NCBI GenBank assembly: GCA_044892525.1
Contig: CM097885.1
Location: forward strand, 50,904,001 to 50,968,000
DNA length: 64,000 nucleotides
Origin: Schmidtea polychroa
Lineage: Eukaryota
Reading direction: 5' to 3'
Positions 13,672 through 24,388 of the stretch are shown here, piece after piece (the first letter of the stretch is position 1; every line of letters starts with the position of its first letter). A program made the translations under genes and the position numbers. The notes under the pieces are model-generated. The model had not been told where the DNA came from, did not search any database, and saw nothing but the letters and a program-made list of their open reading frames with translations.

Positions 13672-16600
13672 GTCAGCCAACATTGTATTTAGAAATTTAG
13701 ATATTTAGAAATTTATTTGCAACTTTTCAGCAAAACTCCAACGTTTAGTAATTTTTACTGAACAAGAACATATAGTAATTATTTTTGTATCTAAGGAGAA
13801 ATGTTTTCATGTAACATATTCAGTAGAGCAAATTAGTATCTTAATTGTAATAATTTTGGCTATATTTTTAAAATAAATATTTTTGCCAGAGAAAACAAAA
13901 TTTGGAAATTTTCATATTGATTTTCATTTTAAAGTCTAAAATTTAGTTTTTATTTAATCATTAATTTTAACTTTTTAATACATATAGTAGTTTATTACAA
14001 TGAAAATTATTTATTATCATCATTATTTTTAATAAAAATTATAATAATAATATATTGAATAATAAATAATAGAAAATATTTTTTGAAATAAGTTATATCT
14101 AATCAAAATCCTTTTAAAATTATTTAATTATTATTTTTGATTAAGCTAATTTAAAGTTTTTAGGAAAATGAACTTTGCAATGAATTTTATTTTTGAATTT
14201 TAATTTAACTCTATTTGAAAAATGTTCTCTATAAGGCACAATAAAATTATTGAAATTTTTAATTCAAAAGAATACAAATTATGTTTAAATTTTTTGCACT
14301 ATTTTATCTATTTTATTAAATATTTGATAAAAGTAATGACATATATTTATTATTCTGAAATCCTTAAATACAAAATTTTTAAAATAATAATAAAAAATTA
14401 ACGAAATATCTGTTCTATTATAATTGTTTTATTCATTTTTCACTTTTCTTTTGGTTGTTGTACTATCGCAAATATGGAAATGTTTTTCAATTATCTTCAG
14501 TTTCTAGATACTTCTTACGATTAATTGTTTGAATACATATAAATTTCAAATTTTGAAAAATGTATTTATAATAATTTTTAAACAAAATTATTTCATTATA
14601 TATCTATTAAAAATAACTATTAAAAATATAATTATATAATTTTATAGAATTTTTAATGACAGACTAGTTTCTAATTTACATGGCTGGAATGTGTACTATG
14701 CCAGAAATTCGAATCAACCCGAATTGGACACAATAATCTTGCAATAGGGTTGCGATATTTGATCAGTTCACTATTGAGGAACACTGAATATCACAATTAA
14801 TCCACTTATGTTAATTATATAAAAAATTGTAAACAAAATTGTATAAAAAGGAATTACGTCATAAAAGTCATTCCGAATAAAAAATGATAACATAAAATTC
14901 ATATAAAGACATTTATAGTTTGCAAAGACACCAAGTACGTCGAGAGCCACGCCGGCCCCGATGCAATTCTTATATATTTATTAAAAAAACATTTGTTTTA
15001 GTTATCCTATTTATTACTTATGAAATTACATGATACATATAAACTAAAATTATCACAAACTTAGATTTTTAAAATTATTTAATTATATAAAAATGCCAAA
15101 TATGATTATATTGCATCGCCTGCATCACCCTCTTATCACTGATGAAAGACAAACGACAGTAAAAAGTTTCAATTTAATTAAATCAAACGATTGTCCGATG
15201 AACTACTTAATTTAAGTTAAACATATTAAGATAAAGTCTCATATTGGTCAGGTTCTTGGACCTGATTCAAAGATCACTGGGTTCGATCCAGAATAGATGT
15301 TTATTCTTAACATGTTACAGAGTGTTTTAAATGAGCTCAAGACTTCTATTATTAGAAATTGCATTGAATATCGCAAAACAATTTATTTTAATTAAATTAT
15401 TCGTCTGACAATCATTTGATTTCATTTTTTATTTGAAATCATATATTTATCCTTTTGTTATAAATTTAATCCTTTTTCAAATTTATAAACTAATTATTTT
15501 TCAGTGTTTTTTTAATCAAAATTTAATCAAAATTTAATCAAAATTATTTAATCAAATGACAATTGAAATGAATTGTTGAATAATTAATTTAAAGTTATTA
15601 AATTAAAAACCATTGAAATTATATAATTATATAAATATATTGGCAACAACCAAAGAAATCGCACAATGAATGCTATTCAATTAATATATATGATAAGTGA
15701 ATTTATTTTTCTGTCAAAATTGCTTTCAGAGATGCTTCCGGATTTAATTGCGTCAATTCGTTGAATTGCGTAGTTTTATGGAGTTTTAATGAGAGTTTTT
15801 GATTAACTGGTTTTTAATTAGATTTTTAATATTTAATTAATTTTAAATTAAAAATTTTAAAAATATTTCCTCTACAAAAATGCCAATGATCTTCCTTCAC
15901 TTTAATGTAATCTTTAGGGTTGAGATTCTTAAGGGCTATTTGACTATTCATGTTCAGCAGTCGAGATCAGATAGAAGTATTGTGATAGAAAGAGTAAAAA
16001 AATTAAATAATAATTTCAAATATTATTGTGAAGATATTTGAGAAAACTGATTTAATAAACTAAACTAAAATTTAATTTAACACAATTAATATTGATGACT
16101 ATATTTAAACCTATTATTTTTAAAATATTACTTTCATATATTTATATAAAATATTTTTTCAGAAGCTCTGATATATATAATTATAATAATATTATTTTCT
16201 GTTAATTAAAACAAATTTAAAATGTTTATCGAAAAATTTTTTAAATATTCCTTAAAAATAATGATTTGTAAAATTATTTCATGTCAGACTTTTAGTTCAT
16301 AAATAGTGAGATTACTTTTCGCAAAATAAATTTCTAAATATTTATATATTTCTTATATATCATAATATTCAACATCATTAGTAGAAAAGATATATTTTTC
16401 TTAATCTAAATACTTATCATAAAATATTGCAAAAGTAATTGCTTTTTATTTTACCTCTGTATCATTTCTGACTTCAAATTATTAGCTATTTCCTAATGTA
16501 TTAACATGCGACACCGACATTTTATATTAACTAAAATAGACTTCTGTCTTATCTCTAACTTTAACATTTAAGAGTCATATGCCTATTTTAATTAAATTCA

Positions 16601-17123
16601 CACTTTTTATTTAAAAAAGCCTTTGTAAACATTCAATAAAACATAAATTCCGTCACTCATGAAATACAGAAATATTTGTCTTGTAAGAAAAAGCGAGAGG
16701 TCATCTATGTTAAGATATGAATTACAAATGCAGTTTTCATTAATATCTTTGAAAACAAGAAGAATAAAGGTGTGGATTCTAATTTAATCAACTAATAATC
16801 AAAATAAATTCAAAGCTATTCCCATCACTTTTATGAAAGACGCGGATTGCAAGTAATTATAAAATATATTATATAATGGAAGTAAAGAGAAGGCAAGTTA
16901 AAGAGCAAGTAAGAAGCCATACAATGCTAAAAGATTGTACAAATTATAACTGACAGATAAAGAAAAGAAAAAGAAAAGATATTGTTGAAATGAAATGGAA
17001 TATGAATAGAATATTTCACATCTAGAGTAAATGCAGAAAAGTTTTTTTTGAAAATAAAATTTCATGAATTCCAAAGAATTTATCTGTAAAACATTAAAAC
17101 AAATGTATATTGTTGAACAATGA

Positions 17124-17126
<3 letters not shown>

Positions 17127-17217
<91 letters not shown>
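17127..17217. repeat. (TA)n microsatellite
   Basis: Perfect dinucleotide run of about 90 bp. Confidence 0.97.
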
Positions 17218-17218
<1 letters not shown>

Positions 17219-18375
17219 CCAATGGTTTTTGTCTTATTATCTGTATTTGAATTTTGTATTACTGTACTATTGTTTGTTTTAAATAATAAACCAAGTAAAA
17301 ATTGCAAAATCTAATGCTTGACTTAAATCTTTCTCAAACATAAAAACAAACATAACTAATATTTCAATAGATTAGAGTCTAATCATTAGACAAATTATAT
17401 AAAATGAAAAGAAAATGTAAAAATAAAAACATACAATAGTGATTGAAATAGATACAAAATCGTCGAGATATAAATGAAATTATTATCTATCAAACAATTA
17501 GTTAACCCTTAGCTTGTTCCATGTATCACATATGATACATAATCGCTGAAATTGGATAGGAGATGTGCTAAAAATAGGAATATATATATATTAAAAATTA
17601 AAATAGATTTCAAACGACTTTGTCAACTTTTAACATTATAAATTTCCTTTATTACACTTTGCCATTGTTTTGTTCTTTGCAATATTTCTAAATATTTTGT
17701 AAAATTTCTTAATTAAAAACATTTGCCAATAAGTGGACAAATCTACCTTTGTGAATAATGATATTTCTGGATTTGAATCAAATCAAGTGAAATAGAATTT
17801 ATCAAGTGTTCTTTAGATAGCAAGCAGACAATCCAAATTTCTTAAAATATCTAATAATTTATGAAGTTCTCGAAGTTCAGAGAAAGCTTCTTTACGGCTG
17901 GACATGATGCAAATATTGACGTATTTCGTAGTTGAGAGAGAGAGAGGGAGAAATAAATAAATAAATATAAAATTTTTAAAATTTTTCTTTTCATAAATAT
18001 GGATAGCCAAAGAAAAACTTCTCTGCCTTCTCATTTCTCTTTACAATAAATATGTCAATCACAATGCAGTCTCCAAATAACTTATCTAAACTCTACGGTT
18101 ACAAATTATTCCCTATCGATATTTTCATTAAAAATAGACAAAAATAAATAATTATGATGTTATTTTATATTCAAATACACTTTTGTACTTGAGTTTATGA
18201 AAACTATCCACTTTAGTTTCTCTTCAACTAAAATTAGAATTTATTTTAATACTTTGATTCTAAAATTACAATATTTGTTTAAAAGAATTTGATTTCAAAA
18301 TAAAAATTTAAAGTACAAAATATTAATTAAAAATCAAAAATTTTAAAAATGAATTAATGAAAAATAACAAAATAT

Positions 18376-19434
18376 TGTTGAGGTCTGTAAATTAAAATTA
18401 AAAATTTAAATAAAATTTAGGGTAATAATTCAAATGGAAAGTAAGCGAGGAAAAAAGGCAAATAAAAGCGGGATCGTGCACAGAATTAATAGTAAAGGAA
18501 AGTGCGATGGAAACAGTATTAGAAAATGCAAAATGCAATTACGAAAGGCGAGAATCCGGAAATCCGAGAAAAATCAATAAATGGAAAAATCATCGAAATC
18601 GAATGGGAAAAACGGGACAGGTATAGATTAGCTAATGGTCAACAAGATGATGGTTAGGGATTTATCAGAAAAGGGTTAGGAAGGGTCGAAAAACATTCAA
18701 ACGTATGAAAACAGAAAACGTTAATTAATTAATTAATTGGCTAATGGAAAACCCGAGCTAATGGGAAACCCGAGCCAATGGAGAACCCGAGAGATAAAGG
18801 AAACCCGAGCTGGGTAAACAAGAAGAAAGGCAAACAAAAGGAAGATTTGGGCCCATTAGCTTGACACAATGATTAATGGGAAAAGAGTAAGGAGAAGATA
18901 GCGCGCGTAGGAAGACCGGTAGGGCCATTAATTATCTGGATTCGTTGGACCATTATGGGTGACAGCCGAAGCAAACACGTAGGAGAAAATGTCAAACGAA
19001 AGATTGACTCGGCAATAACCATTTGTCATCCTGATTTCGAGGAGTATATAAGCAAAGGGAAAATCAGAGAAAATCGGCATTCTGCCTCAGCTATGGTTCG
19101 AAGAATTAGACTGTAGGAAAAGCTGGTAGACGAATTAGGGAAAGTAGGGAAAAGAAGAAATAGAATTAAGAATACGGAAAGGCGAAAAGGGATCAAACCA
19201 AACAGAAACCGAGGAAAACGAGAGTCAAGAGAACTAAAGGATCAAAAGGTGAATATTGTTTGTTTGCAAAGCATCAACACCGAGCGGAGAATCGTATAAA
19301 ACTTTGATCAGTAATTGTAGCGTGATAATAAATTGTGAACCTGTTGTTTCAATATACGTTGGGTCGTTCATTGTTTTGATTTAAAGAACACAGGAGTCAG
19401 AGAGAACCGACTTGAAATAATCCAAAACCCAACA
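18376..19434 (+). repeat. 5' LTR (1059 bp)
   Basis: Direct repeat of 34444-35502; I counted 3 substitutions. Contains four GG(A)AACCCGAG repeats (~18743-18811), TATATAA (~19045) and AATAAA (~19326). Confidence 0.97.
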
Positions 19435-19441
19435 TATATTC

Positions 19442-19459
19442 TGGTGAGCCCGACGTGAT
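19442..19459 (+). promoter_or_regulatory. Primer-binding site, tRNA-Trp
   Basis: TGGTGAGCCCGACGTGAT is 17/18 identical to the classical tRNA-Trp PBS TGGTGACCCCGACGTGAT. It lies 7 nt downstream of the LTR. Confidence 0.9.
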
Positions 19460-19743
19460 TGCAAGTCGGCGGAAAATTATTGAAAGTTAGTGGAAAAATT
19501 AATTGTTGAAAAAAATAGTACCGACGTGATAGAAAGTCGGCGGAAAGTTACTAAAGTTAGTGAAAAAGTTAATTATTGGGAAAGTACTACAGACGTGATA
19601 GAGAGTCGGCTGAGAATCATTGAAAGTAGTGAAAATTTGTGAAAATAGTGCTAACGAGATTATTAAAGACTATTATTGGGAGATTTAAAAGAAGTTGAAA
19701 AGTAATTTTAAATTATTGTTTAACGTTTGAAGTTTAACTCAAA

Positions 19744-21912
19744 GTGAACCGATACAACCTCAGAAGTCAGAAACAAGTCCAAATGGCAAATGATAATGCT
19801 GTTATGCCTCTCAATAGAGAGATGATTGATTTCGCAAGTTGCCAGAAATTACCCGTCAATCATTATGGAGGAGACCCTGTTGAATTTGCAGATTTCATGG
19901 GAGATTATTATATGTACGCCTCAGCATACGGATGGACACAAGCCATTATGGTTCAGAGATTCCCACTCTATCTGAAGGGTGCGGCAAGAGAAGCCTGGCA
20001 GCAAGTCGATAAACGAAATGTTGGCAATGATTGGACAAAATTGAAGGATGCAATGGCACTGAAACTGGTTGGTGGAGATATCAAAAGAATCATGCGACAG
20101 AAATTTTATAATCGAGTTCAAGGTCCAGATGAATCGGTCAGTGAGTTTGCTTATCATCTCACCACTTTAGCAGATAAAGCCTTCGAAGTCAAACCAGATC
20201 AAGCAGATATGGCCAAGCAGGTTAAAGAGCTGTTAGAAGATAAGTTTATAACCGGAGTCCACTCCGAAATCAAAAAGGCCCTATGTTATGTGGATTTTTC
20301 CAATTTCGATGAGCTCGTGAAGAAAGCCATGAAGATAGAGCTGAATTTGAAAAGTGCGAAAAGATCAGATGCTTTTGGAGTTAATATGGAGAGACGTGAG
20401 CGGTCAATTACGCCTGTGAGAGCACCATGGGATGAAAAGAAAATAAATCAAATCAGTAGTCCGATTTTGAGACCAAATAATAGATTTCAAGCCAGTAGAT
20501 CAGCCGTGAATGTACAATCAAATGGACAGGTAAATAATCCTCAATGCGAACATTGCAAAAAGTCTGGACACTACTCAAATCAATGTTGGTTCAAATATGG
20601 GAAAAATCCCAGCCCTAACAAGAGATTCACAGAAAACAAACGGATCAGCAGTGATGTCGAATGCTATCGATGTGGAAAGAAAGGGCATATTAGCAGAAAC
20701 TGTTTTACCAGATCAAGATCATCGTCAACGTCACCTTCACCACAACGGGACAAAGTGAATACAAATGGACAGATACAATGTCATTCGTGCAAGCGATACG
20801 GCCACATGGCGCGATCATACCCAAGGAACTCAGAGAGATTCAGCAGACCTATATTAAAGAAATCGATCAGATTCCAAGAAGATATGCCAAACACTAGTAA
20901 TATGACATATACTCAGAGAGAGGAATTTCAAGACAAAATGGAAAAGGAATTTCGAGAAATGCGACAGAAGCTGAACAAATTAGTGGCTAAATTTGAATCA
21001 GGCGAGGAAACTGAATCTCATATGATAATTGGAACCGTGTCAGAAGGTGAGGGAAAACCTGCCACGAAAGTGCGAAAGATCGCATCAGATGAGAATCCGA
21101 CTGCACTGTTAGCCCGAGTTGAAAAATGGCTTGAGAAAATGGAAACTGACAACTCCCAGTTGAAACGATGGATCGCAGAACTCAGTGTGATGTCACTAAC
21201 CCAAAGCGAACTAAAGAGAGCCATAAATTTATGTGCAAAGGTATTCAAAGGAAACAGAGACGATGAGATACTTAAACAAATGCAAAAGTTTGGCAAGGCC
21301 TTACGGTCAACAAGGGATTTAGCTGATATCATAGTGGAAACGACGGGACTTGATAATGTGAAGTGCCAATTCCGTGTAAATGCATACGGACAAATCAGAG
21401 AGCTAAAGGAGCGAATACTGCGTCAATACAGTGGATGGCAAGTGCAATTAAAATTTGAAAATCGATGTCTGGAAGACGAAGAGTACTTAGTAGATTGCGG
21501 TCTGATACCAGGCTGGAAAAATAAAGTAAATATTGTTAATGCTGTTAATACTTTGAATTCAGACAGACAAAATTGGGAAAAGATTCTAGCAGATTTACAA
21601 GATACCCTGTATGCAGGGAATAGAGATAAAATTAATGCGAGTATCGACTTCATAATGAGCATCGAGATGGATCGAGACATGAAAGAAGGGTTGTTTGAAT
21701 GCATCGTACCGTATACGAATAAACCGACAAGTTATCAGGCAAAGTTAAAAGAGGTAATCCGAAAACTAGGACATGATTATGAGGCGGCAGACGATAGTGC
21801 GAAGTCTTTGATAATAGCGTTAAATATTGCGGATCAAAGGATTGAATATTATCAGGAACATTGGAGTAAAAGCAAAGAAAATACGACAAAAAGCAGCGGA
21901 GATATTAGGTAA
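19744..21912 (+). CDS. gag: Gag (capsid, MHR, 3 zinc knuckles) with C-terminal helical and ubiquitin-like domains; polyprotein segment 1
   Basis: QGPDESVSEF MHR. CCHC knuckles CEHCKKSGHYSNQC and CYRCGKKGHISRNC, third one degenerate. Ubl-like IRELKERI...LKFENRCLEDEEYLVDCGL. First ATG is at 19783. Confidence 0.92.
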   Translation: MNRYNLRSQKQVQMANDNAVMPLNREMIDFASCQKLPVNHYGGDPVEFADFMGDYYMYASAYGWTQAIMVQRFPLYLKGAAREAWQQVDKRNVGNDWTKLKDAMALKLVGGDIKRIMRQKFYNRVQGPDESVSEFAYHLTTLADKAFEVKPDQADMAKQVKELLEDKFITGVHSEIKKALCYVDFSNFDELVKKAMKIELNLKSAKRSDAFGVNMERRERSITPVRAPWDEKKINQISSPILRPNNRFQASRSAVNVQSNGQVNNPQCEHCKKSGHYSNQCWFKYGKNPSPNKRFTENKRISSDVECYRCGKKGHISRNCFTRSRSSSTSPSPQRDKVNTNGQIQCHSCKRYGHMARSYPRNSERFSRPILKKSIRFQEDMPNTSNMTYTQREEFQDKMEKEFREMRQKLNKLVAKFESGEETESHMIIGTVSEGEGKPATKVRKIASDENPTALLARVEKWLEKMETDNSQLKRWIAELSVMSLTQSELKRAINLCAKVFKGNRDDEILKQMQKFGKALRSTRDLADIIVETTGLDNVKCQFRVNAYGQIRELKERILRQYSGWQVQLKFENRCLEDEEYLVDCGLIPGWKNKVNIVNAVNTLNSDRQNWEKILADLQDTLYAGNRDKINASIDFIMSIEMDRDMKEGLFECIVPYTNKPTSYQAKLKEVIRKLGHDYEAADDSAKSLIIALNIADQRIEYYQEHWSKSKENTTKSSGDIR

Positions 21913-21925
21913 TGACTGAATTATC

Positions 21926-24388
21926 GTGTTGACGTTCAAAGGACGAGAATTGGATGATGACGAATATTTGTTAAACTACGGGTGTAACCCAAATTGTATT
22001 AATAATGTGTACGCAACAAAACAAAGTGATGAAATGGAAAAAGATGCAGTAATAGTACCGTTTTGGCCTCCGTATGAGGAAACGGATAATGATAATGTAG
22101 AGATTAAAACTGAAGTTGTAGATGACCCAGAAGAAATTGATCAAGAAATTAATGAATTGCAGAGATTAGAAACAATGGAAAATGAGGAGATGGGATCGGA
22201 AAATGAAGTTACAAGGGATATCGAGGAATTGAGCACCGATAATAGGGTAATACCGAGCATAGATGAGATGAAAAGTGAAGAGAACGTCGTTGAAACGAAA
22301 AATGACACTGCGATATGTCGGAAAAAACAGAATAATGCAGAAATTGAATCTTTGAGTTTAGATGAATCAAGCGAAACTGAGCGTTTGGATGAATTAAGCG
22401 AGACTGAGCGAATATTAAAAGGTTTGGTTACGGAATTGTACTTGTTAGATGAAACTGAAACAGAAGGAGATGATACTTCGGAGGGGGAGAAAAGAGTTGT
22501 AAAAAGATTGGCAACGGAATTAAAGAGGAGATTACCGTCGATAATTAAAAGAAATAATGAAGAAAAGGAATTTTGTGAGGAAGCAGTAATGGAGGACCTA
22601 ACACGAACCGAGCTGGATCGAGATGTAATATTGACAGTGTTAGCCTATATAATATTGGAGATTGGTATTTATGGTTGTCTGGAAAGTGATAATTCAAAAT
22701 CATTGATAAAGAAAGCTACTGAAATGACGAATAAATATTTGACTAAGTGGATCGCAAACAATGGCGGATGGGAAAAGTTGATACAAAAGGCTGAGAGCCC
22801 AACACCAGAGACAGTGAGGAAAAAGGGAAAACTCGCATTTCCATGGTTGACGATTTCTATTATTATGTTATTGGGAATAATAAACACGACGAATTCATTG
22901 GTGGCATACGACTGCTCCCAAACCGAAATGGGAAGAGTATATTCGTTGGTAAACGTAGCAGAGTGTTCGGATGCATATCCAGTAAAATTTAAAGTGACAA
23001 ATCCAGTAAAATATTATGTATATCAAGAATCGGGGTTTCGACGAGCAAAGGTGAGAGAGTGTACAGTGAAACGAACTACTTTTGTATTTTATTGTGGAAA
23101 ATGGAGCCACTCATCGATGGTGAAAATGCAATCGATACCTAGACCGATAGAAATAATTCCAGAGAATTGTTTGGCAGCCTTTCAAACAGGAAAGTTGAAA
23201 ATCAATGCAGATATCAAACTACAAGCAAAGCTTAACCACAAAATCCGTGAGACTGTAACCGTGCGAGGGATAATAAAGTCGAATGGTGATTGCCAAGGCG
23301 AGCCATACAAAGTAGACAATGCTATAATTGACAAAGCCGTGGTTGTGGAAGAGTACATGTCAGAATTAAGAGAATTTGATGGATCATTTAATGATGATAC
23401 TGGTAAACTACAAACACATCCATTCTGCAATCAATCTAGCTGTCAGACAGGAGAATCAATTTTGGTGTACGATGTCGATACCAAAAAGTGCAATTTAGTG
23501 CAATTGAAGTCAATGAGTTTTAAAGAGATAACGGGAGAACAGATCAGGGAAAAGCCTGAGAAAATAAGAATGGATCCAGCAGCGAGTACAACAACAAGAA
23601 TCACACCTCTACGGATGAAAGATACTCCAACAGTGTTAATGTCAACCTCGGAGGAAGATGGGATGCGATTCCTGAGAAAAGAAACTAAAACAAAGTGTGG
23701 ACAAAGTGTCTATGAGACAAATTATAAAGGTATATATGTATCTCAGAAGATGATTACAGAGGCCCAAACAAACATACATGCCGGAGATATCAAGTTGACA
23801 AATTACTTTAATAACAAAATAGATTATTTATTTCACTTTGGTCAAAATACTGTTGAAAATGTGTACCGAGAGGTTATTATAAATGATTGCAATCTCAACA
23901 AAGAAATACTCCGAAATCGGATGGCAATGGCTATAACCAATCCTAATTTGGTAGCACCAATGTTAATTACAGAAAATGGAGTGTTTGCCAGAATTTTCGG
24001 TGAAGCACTATATAGCTATAAATGTAAAGCGGTACCAGTTAAACTGACAAAGTATGACCAATGCACCAACGAGTTACCAGTAAATTTAAATGGAAAGTTG
24101 CGATTTATGGAGCCTGTAACACGAATCTTACTGGAAGAGGACGTGAAACCGAAAGTATTACAGTGCAATAGATTGTTGGCACCACTATACAGACTAACAC
24201 CAGAATCTTGGATTGCATTACCAGATCATCGAGAAGTAAAGACACCGGAAAACTTAGAATTGACAGAATTACAATATCTGGTAAATTTTACGTCGTTAGA
24301 AAAATTGTCGCAAAGTGGAATTTACTCGAAGAAGATATTGATGAAGCTCGCAGAAACTTGTTATTTCCATCAAAGAAGGAAAGAGTAA
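21926..24388 (+). CDS. env: Polyprotein segment 2: end of second Ubl, acidic linker, Bcl-2-like domain, signal-anchor, chuvirus-like envelope ectodomain
   Basis: LTFKGRELDDDEYLLNYG (Ubl). WIANNGGWEKL (BH2). Hydrophobic WLTISIIMLLGII. AYDC...YSLVNVAEC...FYCGKWSH...CTNELPV...GIYS cysteine pattern. Frameshift at ~24327. Confidence 0.8.
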   Translation: MLTFKGRELDDDEYLLNYGCNPNCINNVYATKQSDEMEKDAVIVPFWPPYEETDNDNVEIKTEVVDDPEEIDQEINELQRLETMENEEMGSENEVTRDIEELSTDNRVIPSIDEMKSEENVVETKNDTAICRKKQNNAEIESLSLDESSETERLDELSETERILKGLVTELYLLDETETEGDDTSEGEKRVVKRLATELKRRLPSIIKRNNEEKEFCEEAVMEDLTRTELDRDVILTVLAYIILEIGIYGCLESDNSKSLIKKATEMTNKYLTKWIANNGGWEKLIQKAESPTPETVRKKGKLAFPWLTISIIMLLGIINTTNSLVAYDCSQTEMGRVYSLVNVAECSDAYPVKFKVTNPVKYYVYQESGFRRAKVRECTVKRTTFVFYCGKWSHSSMVKMQSIPRPIEIIPENCLAAFQTGKLKINADIKLQAKLNHKIRETVTVRGIIKSNGDCQGEPYKVDNAIIDKAVVVEEYMSELREFDGSFNDDTGKLQTHPFCNQSSCQTGESILVYDVDTKKCNLVQLKSMSFKEITGEQIREKPEKIRMDPAASTTTRITPLRMKDTPTVLMSTSEEDGMRFLRKETKTKCGQSVYETNYKGIYVSQKMITEAQTNIHAGDIKLTNYFNNKIDYLFHFGQNTVENVYREVIINDCNLNKEILRNRMAMAITNPNLVAPMLITENGVFARIFGEALYSYKCKAVPVKLTKYDQCTNELPVNLNGKLRFMEPVTRILLEEDVKPKVLQCNRLLAPLYRLTPESWIALPDHREVKTPENLELTELQYLVNFTSLEKLSQSGIYSKKILMKLAETCYFHQRRKE

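Noticed and set aside
15230..15300. tRNA/SINE-like segment with a GGTTCGATCC B-box
   Set aside because: No convincing cloverleaf or acceptor stem. At most a decayed SINE head.
17502..18060. TTAA-CCCTT piggyBac-like end
   Set aside because: No matching TIR or transposase motif nearby.
21860..21920. Programmed frameshift or readthrough at the gag end
   Set aside because: It would need both a +1 shift and TGA readthrough within one Ubl domain, and no canonical slippery heptamer is present. Mutation is more parsimonious.
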